DNA of 64,000 nt. It comes from Flavobacteriales bacterium (GTDB lineage Bacteria > Bacteroidota > Bacteroidia > Flavobacteriales_G > Salibacteraceae). The stretch is taken from contig JABAYK010000009.1 of assembly GCA_018609045.1 (NCBI GenBank), positions 57,006-121,005 of the forward strand, written 5' to 3'. Numbering within the stretch: the first letter of the stretch is position 1; each line of letters begins with the position of its first letter. This document shows positions 36,728 through 44,775 of this stretch, piece by piece. The notes under the pieces are model-generated. The model saw nothing but the letters and a program-made list of their open reading frames with translations, was not told the origin of the DNA and did no database searches. Both the position numbers and the translations under genes were made by a program.

Positions 36728-37480
36728 CTATTTGGATGCTTCAAAAAGAATTCCTTTGTGAGAAAGTTGGTTAAAAAATGTTAGAACTTGTTTTTGTAAG
36801 TTTTCAGATTGAGCCTCGTTATTTTGTTGAGTTAATATCTCCAAGAATTCACCTAAAGTTAAATTTTCAGTTTGCAGTAGAAATTGTATTACGCCTAAAC
36901 CAAATTTTGAAACAGCCATAAAATGTACTTTAAAATCAGAAACTCCTCTGTAAATTACCATTGGGTATTCAGCTTTTTGACTCAACCATTCTTCTGGTAA
37001 GAATTTATGATAGGGATAATTTAAATTGATGCTTTTTAAGTAGGGATTTAATCGTAAGCTACTTATGGCATTTCCTTGAAAAGGCATTAACCCTTCAGTA
37101 GAAGTATCTTTTTGGGTGTGAACTTCTATTTCTAACCATTCGAAGTAGAGTAATTCTGATAAATAAGATGGGTTTAAATCAACCTGATTTGAGGTTTTAA
37201 ACCAATTGCAAAACTCTAAAGGCAGTTTCCAAACTTGAGGTGTTTTACAATTATGACTATTAAAAAACTCATTCACCAAAGCTTTAAAACTTTCAATTCC
37301 TATAGCTTTTTGAGCGATAGGAAACGCCTGTTGCATTATACCCAATACAACATAAAAAACCAGTCTGCGGTATTGAAAAACATGTTGTGGGTTTGATAAA
37401 ATTAAATCTTGCTTTTCTCCAGTACGTGAATATTGGGCTAGTTTACTTTGTTGGTTTATGGTTTCTGGTTTAAGCATCAA
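36728..37480 (-). CDS. DUF2063-family RiPP maturation partner protein (HvfC/BufC/MbnC-like)
   Basis: 250 aa. N-terminal DUF2063-like pattern (FQYRRLVFYVVLGIMQQAFPIAQKAIGIESFKALVNEFF). The start overlaps the DUF692 gene end by 11 nt. Confidence 0.75.
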   Translation of the reverse strand: MMLKPETINQQSKLAQYSRTGEKQDLILSNPQHVFQYRRLVFYVVLGIMQQAFPIAQKAIGIESFKALVNEFFNSHNCKTPQVWKLPLEFCNWFKTSNQVDLNPSYLSELLYFEWLEIEVHTQKDTSTEGLMPFQGNAISSLRLNPYLKSINLNYPYHKFLPEEWLSQKAEYPMVIYRGVSDFKVHFMAVSKFGLGVIQFLLQTENLTLGEFLEILTQQNNEAQSENLQKQVLTFFNQLSHKGILFEASK

Positions 37481-38291
37481 CTTCCTCTTGGTTTGTAATT
37501 TTGTGAAGTTGTGTTAACTCTCTTTTTAACTCATTTATTTCAGGGAAATTAAAATCGCGCTCTAACAAAACAGGTGAATTATTAAGCTTTGGATAAACCC
37601 ATTTTAAAAGTTCATAAACTGGGTCAATTATAGCTTCGCCATGCGTGTCTATAATTAAATCATCAGCTACTTTTTCATGACCAGCCATGTGAATATAACT
37701 TACTTTTTCGAGTGGTAAATTATTGATAAAATCTTTGGTATTGTAACCATGATTAAAGGCATTTACATAAATATTATTTACATCTAAAAGTAAATTACAA
37801 TTTGATTTATTTACGATTTCAGAAATAAATTCATGCTCCTTCATTTCTGCTGCAACTGCAGTGTAGTAGGATACATTTTCGATTGCCAAAGGCATTTCTA
37901 AATAATCTTGCACTACTTTAATGCGCTCAGCGATATGGATAACAGCATCTTGCGTAAACGGAATTGGCAATAAATCGTATAAATGTGCATTGTCGCACTT
38001 GCTGTAAGACAAATGCTCAGAGTAAATTTTTATATCGTATTGTTTGATGAAGGCTTTGATCTTTTTTAAGAAATCAAAATCTAATTCATCTGGACTTCCA
38101 ATACTTAGAGATAAGCCATGTAACGATATAGGGTATTTTTCTGCGGCTTCATCTAGTTTGGCTCGCCAGTACCCGCCCATATCAATCCAGTTTTCAGGAG
38201 CCAATTCAATAAAATTTGGCGAAGGATTTACCATGCCAATAATTTCATCGGCAATATCTCTTCTAAATCCTATTCCAACTCCTTTTACCAT
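37470..38291 (-). CDS. DUF692 / MNIO-family (MbnB/BufB/HvfB-like) RiPP peptide maturase
   Basis: ATG 38291 gives MVKGVGIGFRRDIADEI. The track start at 38306 lies inside the upstream hairpin. DUF692 hallmarks: FIELAPENW, LHGLSLSIGS, YSEHLSY, LAIENVSYY, LLLDVNNIYVNAFNHGY, YIHMAGH. Confidence 0.85.
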   Translation of the reverse strand: MVKGVGIGFRRDIADEIIGMVNPSPNFIELAPENWIDMGGYWRAKLDEAAEKYPISLHGLSLSIGSPDELDFDFLKKIKAFIKQYDIKIYSEHLSYSKCDNAHLYDLLPIPFTQDAVIHIAERIKVVQDYLEMPLAIENVSYYTAVAAEMKEHEFISEIVNKSNCNLLLDVNNIYVNAFNHGYNTKDFINNLPLEKVSYIHMAGHEKVADDLIIDTHGEAIIDPVYELLKWVYPKLNNSPVLLERDFNFPEINELKRELTQLHKITNQEEVDA

Positions 38292-38325
38292 AAATAAAAA
38301 CGTCATTCTAAATTAAGAATGACGT
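38292..38325 (-). terminator. hairpin + U-tract (partial terminator/attenuator) between precursor and maturase genes
   Basis: 10-bp perfect stem acgtcattct/agaatgacgt (38300-38309 / 38316-38325). On the minus-strand transcript it is followed by UUUUUAUUU and then the maturase ATG. Confidence 0.5.
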
Positions 38326-38359
38326 GTAAATTTAAATTGATTTTATGTTGTTCTGTGGA

Positions 38360-38758
38360 TTAATTTCCACATTTACCTTCACCACATTTATGCTCCCCAG
38401 TTTTTCCTTCGGCTTTTGGGGTTGCTTTTTCTCCTTCTGCTTTTTTCTCTTCACCACATTTACCTTCACCACATTTGTGCTCGCCAGTTTTCTCAGCAGC
38501 TTTCGTTTCGGCTTTTTCTCCTTCTGCTTTTTTCTTTCCCTCTCCGCAAGTTCCTTCACCGCATTTCAACTCTATAGTTGCATTGATAAAAGCTGGAGAG
38601 TTTAAATTGGCTTCTAGAATATTGCTTCTTAAATCAGAACCAGTTCCTAAATCTTCGGTATTAAATAAGTTTTCAGCGTTAGCATCTACACTTAAAAGTG
38701 ATAAAGAGCTTAACATAATTGTTCCAGCAGCAAGATTTTTTAGTTTGTTGGTTTTCAT
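38360..38758 (-). CDS. HvfA-like RiPP precursor: Sec-signal peptide plus three KCGEG(K/T)CG motifs (predicted metallophore)
   Basis: 132 aa. Signal peptide MKTNKLKNLAAGTIMLSSLSLLSVDANA. C-terminal Lys/Glu/Gly-rich core has Cys only at 66, 71, 96, 101, 125 and 130, always as K-C-G or x-C-G within CGEG(T/K)CG. An 87-nt (29-codon) tandem duplication is present (38367-38405 vs 38454-38492). It lies immediately upstream of the DUF692/DUF2063 genes. Confidence 0.75.
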   Translation of the reverse strand: MKTNKLKNLAAGTIMLSSLSLLSVDANAENLFNTEDLGTGSDLRSNILEANLNSPAFINATIELKCGEGTCGEGKKKAEGEKAETKAAEKTGEHKCGEGKCGEEKKAEGEKATPKAEGKTGEHKCGEGKCGN

Positions 38759-38844
38759 GACATTTTTAGATTTTGAGTTAATTTCAATCGAATGTAAGTA
38801 ACCTTATTTCCTAATAGTGTCACAATTTATACAAATTCAACTAA

Positions 38845-40704
38845 TTAAGGCTGATACAGCTCTGCCAGCTCTAACCATCGCATCGATTTTTCATCAATTT
38901 CCTCGGTGAGTTTCCCTAATTCTTTCACCTTATTTTGAAGGTCTTCAACTGAAAGTTCACCCGACGAAATTTCTTGATTTAACTTTTCTTTTTGTTCCTC
39001 CATTTTAGGCACAAGTTTATCAAGCTCTTCAAATTCAAGTTTTTCTTTATAACTCAATTTGTTTTTTTCTTGGGCTTTTGGATTTTCTTTAGTCTCTTTT
39101 TCTTGTTTCGGAGGAGCCACACTTTTCAATTGTTTTTTTGAAGCTCTGTACTCTGTGTATTTTCCTACATAATCTTTTATGGTAGCATCACCTTCAAAAA
39201 TAAAAGTATGGTCAACCACTTTATCTAACAAATACCTATCGTGGGTAATTAGCAAAACACAACCATCAAAGTTTTTAAGGTAGTCTTCTAAAATATTTAA
39301 GGTTAAAATATCTAAATCATTAGTAGGCTCATCTAAAATTAAAAAGTTTGGATTCCCCATTAAAACAGAAACCAAATACAACCTTCTTCTCTCTCCTCCA
39401 CTTAAAGTGGATGTTTTTTTGTGCTGGTCTTTTCTAGTAAACAAAAACTTTTCTAGCAAACGGGCAGCATCAACCACTTTGCCTTCTTTCTCTTCAATTA
39501 CCTCTGCTATTTCGGTTAGAACTTCTAAAACCCTTTGGTCTTTTTTCATTTCTAAACCTTTCTGCTCGTAAACACCAATTTTTACGGTTTCGCCAATTAC
39601 TACTTTGCCTGTATCAGGTTGTAATCTTTCTAAAATTATGTTTACCAAGGTTGTTTTGCCAGCCCCGTTTTTCCCTGCAATTCCAACTTTATCGCCTTTT
39701 AAAAATTTGTAGTTAAAGTTTTTAAACAAGGTTTTGTCTTCGAAGCTTTTACCCACATTGTGTAGCTCTAAAATTTTATTACCAAGCCTATCACTTTTAA
39801 AATCAATAGCAATTTCACTTTTGTCAATTCGCTTTGATGCGTCTTTTTTTACATCGTCAAAAGCGTCAACACGGGCTTTGCTTTTTGTTGTTCTTGCTTT
39901 GGGTTGCCTTCTTATCCAATCTAACTCTTTTCGGAAAACATTTTTAGCTTTTTCTATAGATGTTTCTTCGTTAGAAATGCGTTCAGACTTTTTGGTAAGG
40001 TAATAGGTGAAATTGCCATCGTAGCTATACAATTGCTCGTTGTCAATTTCTAGAATATGCTCACAAACATTTTCTAAAAAATACCTATCATGAGTTACCA
40101 TCAAAATACTTTGGTTGGCACCAGATAAGTATTGCTCTAGCCATTCAACCATATCTAAATCGAGGTGGTTGGTAGGCTCATCAAGAATTATTAAATCGGG
40201 ATTGGCAAAAATTAATCCTGCCAAAGCAATTCTTTTTTGCTCACCTCCAGATAGTTTATCGGCTAATCTATTGACTCTAGTAAGGTTTAAAGCGCCTAAA
40301 ATTGAAGTAACTTTAGATTCGGCGTCCCAAAGTTGGTGTTGCTCCATTAAGGGCAAAAGCTTCTCTATGTTTTCATAATTATTTTCTTCAATGGCATTTT
40401 CGTACTGCATTAAAACTTGCAGTTTGGGGTCATTTGAATGAAGAATATTCTCTAAAATAGTTTTGGTTGGGTCTATAATTGGGCTTTGCTCCAAATAACC
40501 TACAGTAATGCCATTTCTAACAGTAACATTGCCAGAATCAGGCGGTTCTAAACCAGCAATAATTTTAAGCAAGCTAGATTTTCCTGTTCCATTTTTGGCA
40601 ACTAAAGCTGTTTTTTGTCCTTTGTGAATACCAAAAGAAATATCTCCAAAAAGCAAACGCTCACCGTACCTTTTGCTCACCAACTCAACCGAAAGTAAAT
40701 TCAT
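38845..40704 (-). CDS. ABC-F family ATPase (Uup-like, with C-terminal coiled coil)
   Basis: 619 aa. Two ABC cassettes (GKTALVAKNGTGKSS / LSGGEQKRIALA; GIAGKNGAGKTT / LSGGERRRLYL). No TM segments. Lys/Glu-rich C-terminal coiled coil. Confidence 0.85.
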   Translation of the reverse strand: MNLLSVELVSKRYGERLLFGDISFGIHKGQKTALVAKNGTGKSSLLKIIAGLEPPDSGNVTVRNGITVGYLEQSPIIDPTKTILENILHSNDPKLQVLMQYENAIEENNYENIEKLLPLMEQHQLWDAESKVTSILGALNLTRVNRLADKLSGGEQKRIALAGLIFANPDLIILDEPTNHLDLDMVEWLEQYLSGANQSILMVTHDRYFLENVCEHILEIDNEQLYSYDGNFTYYLTKKSERISNEETSIEKAKNVFRKELDWIRRQPKARTTKSKARVDAFDDVKKDASKRIDKSEIAIDFKSDRLGNKILELHNVGKSFEDKTLFKNFNYKFLKGDKVGIAGKNGAGKTTLVNIILERLQPDTGKVVIGETVKIGVYEQKGLEMKKDQRVLEVLTEIAEVIEEKEGKVVDAARLLEKFLFTRKDQHKKTSTLSGGERRRLYLVSVLMGNPNFLILDEPTNDLDILTLNILEDYLKNFDGCVLLITHDRYLLDKVVDHTFIFEGDATIKDYVGKYTEYRASKKQLKSVAPPKQEKETKENPKAQEKNKLSYKEKLEFEELDKLVPKMEEQKEKLNQEISSGELSVEDLQNKVKELGKLTEEIDEKSMRWLELAELYQP

Positions 40705-40750
40705 GTGGCAAAGCTAGGTTATTGATTGATGCTTGGTTTAAAATTTTTGA

Positions 40751-40789
40751 AAAACAAAAAGCCTCTCCCAACTAAGAAAGAGGCTTTTT
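40751..40789 (-). terminator. intrinsic terminator downstream of the S9 peptidase gene
   Basis: Stem aaagcctct/agaggcttt (40758-40766 / 40779-40787). On the minus transcript it is followed by UUUUGUUUUU. Confidence 0.5.
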
Positions 40790-40809
40790 CCCTTTGCAAT
40801 TTATTCTAT

Positions 40810-42744
40810 TTAGGATGGTGTTTCTGTTTTTTCTCCAATGTGAGTTTTCAAAAACTTCATCATGGCTTCGTAAAACTCAAAACGATTTTCTTCATTTCTA
40901 AAACCGTGGCCTTCGTTTTCTTTTACTAAATATTCAACCTCTACTCCACGCTCTTTCATGGCATTTACCATTTGATCGCTTTCATTAATGTTTACCCTTG
41001 GGTCTTTTGCGCCTTGGGCTACAAACAATGGAGCCACAATTTTATCGGCATTTAAAGCTGGGGAGTAAGCCGCTAGCATTGCGCTATCAGTTTCTGGGTT
41101 TCCAACCATTTCGTACATCATTTCTAAATACTGTTGCCAATATGGAGGAATGGTCTTCATAAAGCTAAATAAGTTTGAAACACCAACATAATCAACTCCA
41201 CAAGCATACATTTCTGGAGAATAAGCCAACCCTGCTAAAGTGGCATAACCGCCATAAGAGCCGCCATAAATAGCAATTCTTTCGGGATCTGCGATACCTT
41301 GATCAATTAACCATTTGGCGCCATCTGTTACATCATTTTGCATGCTTTGTCCCCATTGTTTAAACGAAGCTTCCCAAAATTCTCTTCCGTAACCAGTAGA
41401 ACCTCTAAAGTTAACTTGCAAAACCGCAAAACCTCTGTTGGCCATAAATTGAACTTCAGGGTTAAATCCCCAATTGTCTCTCGCCCAAGGACCTCCATGA
41501 ACATTCATAACAACAGGAAGATTCTTAGCTTCAACACCTTTTGGTAAAGTTAAGTAACCATTAATGGTTAAACCATCTCTTGTTTGGTATTGAATTGGTT
41601 TCATGTCAGCCATTTGGGTTTCATCAATCCAAGGACTTACATCTGCAATTTTCTCTAGTTTATCATCAGTTTTGCTATAGAAATAATAAGAACCTCTAGA
41701 TTTATCAGAGTAGGTTCTTACAATGTATTTGTCTTCTGCTTTGTTTGCTGAACCAATACCAATTTCATAACCTTCTAACTTAGCTTCTAAGCTTTCAATC
41801 ATTTTTTTGGTTTCATCATCAAAGAATTTTCTGTGGCTTTTATCAGTTGTATAACCAGCTGTAGAAATTACTTTTCTTTTGTTTGAATATCCAATGTAGC
41901 TCACATCAACTTCTGGATGCTCAAATAATAATTCGGTTTCTTTGCCTGTTTCAACATCAAAAATTACAGCTGCAGCTTTGTCTCTTCCAAGATTTGAAAC
42001 TGCATAAAAGTTTTTATTGTCGAAGGTGAAAAACTGTGGCGACATTGACTCTTTAAAGTTTGTGGTTAAAATTGATTTGAAAGCATCTTTTTCAGAATCG
42101 CGATACAATATTGAAGTGTTTACACCATCAGAAGTTGTTGCAACCCTTAATTTTCCTTCATGATCGGTCATCCAACCTGAAATATTGCCTGGGTTTTCAT
42201 AAAGCATTTCTTTTTCTCCTGTTGTGATGTTTAATCTGTATGGATCAAAAATTTGAGGATTTCTGCTATTTAAGCCAACCATAATATAATCATCTAGGCT
42301 TTCTAAATCATCAATTAGTTGGGTTTTAACACCTTCTGCTGCTGTTAAGTTTTGAGAATTTGAACCATCGATATTAATTCCATAAATACCAAAGTTTTCA
42401 TCTCCGCCATTATCTTTTAAGTAAAGAATTCTATCGTTATTGGCCCACATGTAGCCTGCAATATCTCTGTCAGTTACATCAGTTAAACGGGTAGATTCTT
42501 CAGTTCCAATTTTTTGAACGAAAACATTCATCCTGCTTTCATAAGGAGCCATAAAAGCAAAATAATCTCCATTTGGAGAAATTTGATAAGATGACTTTTC
42601 AGAGTTTTTGAAGAAGTCTTGTAGTGAAATTTCTTTTACTGCCATTTGTTCTTTTTTGGGTTCTTCGCTTTTTCCATCTCCACAACTAGTAACAAATCCT
42701 CCTAGTAAAGTTGCAAAAGCAAGCCTGTAAATTATTTTTTTCAT
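40810..42744 (-). CDS. S9 family serine peptidase (prolyl oligopeptidase/dipeptidyl-peptidase-like) lipoprotein
   Basis: The track ORF extends to 42765. ATG 42744 gives MKKIIYRLAFATLLGGFVTSC, a lipobox. N-terminal beta-propeller region. Catalytic motif GGSYGGY, plus the AQGAKDPRV and EGHGF regions. Confidence 0.85.
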   Translation of the reverse strand: MKKIIYRLAFATLLGGFVTSCGDGKSEEPKKEQMAVKEISLQDFFKNSEKSSYQISPNGDYFAFMAPYESRMNVFVQKIGTEESTRLTDVTDRDIAGYMWANNDRILYLKDNGGDENFGIYGINIDGSNSQNLTAAEGVKTQLIDDLESLDDYIMVGLNSRNPQIFDPYRLNITTGEKEMLYENPGNISGWMTDHEGKLRVATTSDGVNTSILYRDSEKDAFKSILTTNFKESMSPQFFTFDNKNFYAVSNLGRDKAAAVIFDVETGKETELLFEHPEVDVSYIGYSNKRKVISTAGYTTDKSHRKFFDDETKKMIESLEAKLEGYEIGIGSANKAEDKYIVRTYSDKSRGSYYFYSKTDDKLEKIADVSPWIDETQMADMKPIQYQTRDGLTINGYLTLPKGVEAKNLPVVMNVHGGPWARDNWGFNPEVQFMANRGFAVLQVNFRGSTGYGREFWEASFKQWGQSMQNDVTDGAKWLIDQGIADPERIAIYGGSYGGYATLAGLAYSPEMYACGVDYVGVSNLFSFMKTIPPYWQQYLEMMYEMVGNPETDSAMLAAYSPALNADKIVAPLFVAQGAKDPRVNINESDQMVNAMKERGVEVEYLVKENEGHGFRNEENRFEFYEAMMKFLKTHIGEKTETPS

Positions 42745-42890
42745 GTTTTGGTTTTTATCATGCAAAGGTATTTTTTAAGGTGTTTTAATTCAGCCTCTTA
42801 TCAGTTTATACAACCTCATATAAAATAAAAGCAAACAAATTATTCAAGCATTTGGTAATTTTCCCAAATTTGGAAACATATCCTTTTTTT

Positions 42891-44228
42891 ATGAAGATAT
42901 TTATTGTTGAAGATGATACTTGGTAAGGCGAAATTTTAGAATACCATGTTTCTTTAAATCCTGATTATGAAGTTGAAAGATTTGAAACTGGGAAAGCCGT
43001 TTTGGCCGCATTGCACAAAAAGCCCGATGTGGTAACTTTAGATTACTCGTTACCTGACCTTTCTTGCGAAAAGCTTATCAAAGAGGTTAAAAATTTCAAT
43101 CCTGAAATTCCAATAATAATTGTTTCAGGGCAAGAAGATGTTTTTACAGCGGTAAACCTGCTAAAAGAAGGAATTTATGATTAAATAGTTAAAGATGATG
43201 ACACCAAAGACCGGTTGTGGGTAAATTTAAAAAACTTTAAAGAAAAGGCTAATCTTAAGCAGGAACTAAACTCATTAAGAGAAGAAGTCCAAGGAAAATA
43301 CGATTTCTTTAATATTTTAAAAGGGAATAGCAGCCCTATGCAGAGGATATTTAAATTGATGGAAAAATCTGCAAAAACTAACATAACAGTAAGTATTACA
43401 GGCGAAACTGGCACAGGAAAAGAGTTGGTTGCTAAGGCAATTCATTACAACTCACCCCGAAAGAAAAAGCCATTGGTTGCGGTAAATATTTCGGCCATAC
43501 CAAATGAACTAATTGAAAGTGAATTATTTGGGCACGAAAAAGGCGCTTTTACAGGTGCCAATGCCAGGCGAATTGGGAAATTTGAAGAAGCCAATAATGG
43601 AACTATTTTTCTAGATGAAATAAGAGAAATGGACATCAATATGCAAGCCAAATTATTACGTGTTTTGCAAGAAAGAGAAGTTACAAGAGTTGGTGGCAAC
43701 ACAAGTGTAAAAGTAGATGTTAGGGTTATTGAAGCAACCCACCGAAACTTATCTGATGAAGTTAAAAAAGGTAATTTTAGAGAAGATTTATTTTACCGAT
43801 TACTTGGTTTTCCGATAGAGTTACCACCACTGCGCGAAAGAGATAATGATGTACTATTATTGGCAAAATTCTTTTTAGATGATTTTGCCAAAGAAAATAA
43901 ATTGGGTAAAATTTCCTTCTCTGCCGAAGCAAAAGAAAAATTAAAAAGGTACCCATTTCCCGGTAATGTAAGAGAGTTAAAAGCGGTTATGGATTTAACC
44001 GTAGTAATGAGTTCAGATGGCATAATTCAAGATGAAGATATTTCTTTTAGGGCTTCAAATGCGGTAAGTGACTTTTTAACTGAGGAAATGACTTTAAAAG
44101 AATACAACAACAGAATAATAAAAAACTTTTTAAAGCGATATGACAATAATGTTCTGAAGGTTGCAGATAAATTAGATATAGGCAAATCAACTATATACCG
44201 GATGATTCAGGAGGAAAAAGAAAAATGA
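42891..44228 (+). pseudogene. sigma-54-dependent response regulator (NtrC family) interrupted by two in-frame TAA codons
   Basis: A single reading frame from ATG 42891 to TGA 44226-44228, with TAA at 42924-42926 and 43182-43184. Receiver domain MKIFIVEDDTW*GEILEYH...VVTLDYSLPD...GIYD*IVKDDD. AAA+ domain GETGTGKE, ESELFGHEKGAFTGA, GTIFLDEI. C-terminal HTH (KSTIYRMI). No frameshifts. Confidence 0.8.
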
Positions 44229-44324
44229 TTTAAAACTCCAAAATCGGGAATATTTTTCCCATTACGGGATTTTATTTCCTACTTAATACCCTAACAATCC
44301 ATTAAATTAAAGTCCTAGAGTTTA

Positions 44325-44340
44325 TGGAATAATTTTAGCT
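44325..44340 (+). promoter_or_regulatory. weak candidate sigma-54 promoter (TGGAATAATTTTAGCT vs TGGCAC-N5-TTGCW)
   Basis: The GG and GC dinucleotides have the correct -24/-12 spacing, about 97 nt upstream of the Hpt gene ATG. Only the core dinucleotides plus 2-3 flanking positions match. Confidence 0.2.
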
Positions 44341-44436
44341 TTAATTGAATGTAATTATTTTCTATTTCGACCCTATTAAGGTAAAGTTTTTATAGAAATA
44401 ATTTCAGAACAAAATTTACAAACTTTTTTTATAGGT

Positions 44437-44775
44437 ATGAAAGCGTACGATTTATCAGGATTGAGGAAAATTACCAGAGGAAATACAGAGTTTGAAATGA
44501 AAATGTTAAACATGTTTGTTGACCAAACTCCAAGCCAGTTAGAAAAATTAGAGGAGTATTTAGAGAAAGAAGATTTTGAAAAATTCGGTTTAACAGCTCA
44601 TTCTATAAAACCCTCCATAGATTTAATTTGTAGAGAAAACCTAAAAACCCAAGTTCGCGAGTTAGAAAGAATAGGAAAAGAGGGTGATAAAGAAAACTTA
44701 TTGTTTGGTTTATTCGAAAACTTTAGAGAAAACCTTGAAGAAGTAATTGAAGATTTAAAAGCAGACCTCGTTTAA
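44437..44775 (+). CDS. Hpt (histidine phosphotransfer) domain protein
   Basis: 112 aa, all-helical. Phosphorylatable-His context LTAHSIKPS, typical of Hpt domains. Confidence 0.7.
   Translation: MKAYDLSGLRKITRGNTEFEMKMLNMFVDQTPSQLEKLEEYLEKEDFEKFGLTAHSIKPSIDLICRENLKTQVRELERIGKEGDKENLLFGLFENFRENLEEVIEDLKADLV

Noticed and set aside
38332-38801. Three additional ORFs overlapping the precursor gene (38332..38559 -, 38345..38605 +, 38475..38801 +).
   Set aside because: They are alternative-frame readings of the same Lys/Glu/Gly/Cys-coding repeat and give poly-K/E or poly-F/S low-complexity products. Only the 38360..38758 minus frame yields a signal peptide plus ordered CG motifs and sits correctly upstream of the DUF692/DUF2063 genes.
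40726-40929. 67-aa plus-strand ORF.
   Set aside because: It spans the terminator hairpin and runs antisense to the 3' end of the S9 peptidase gene. It is a Phe/Leu-rich artefact of AT-rich sequence.
42924-43184. Genome-wide reassignment of TAA to Tyr as an explanation for the two in-frame TAA codons.
   Set aside because: Many well-conserved genes in this window (EEP protein, pdxJ, nadK, bamA, both TonB receptors and others) terminate on TAA at lengths typical of their families, so TAA functions as a stop here. Any recoding would have to be local or suppressor-mediated.
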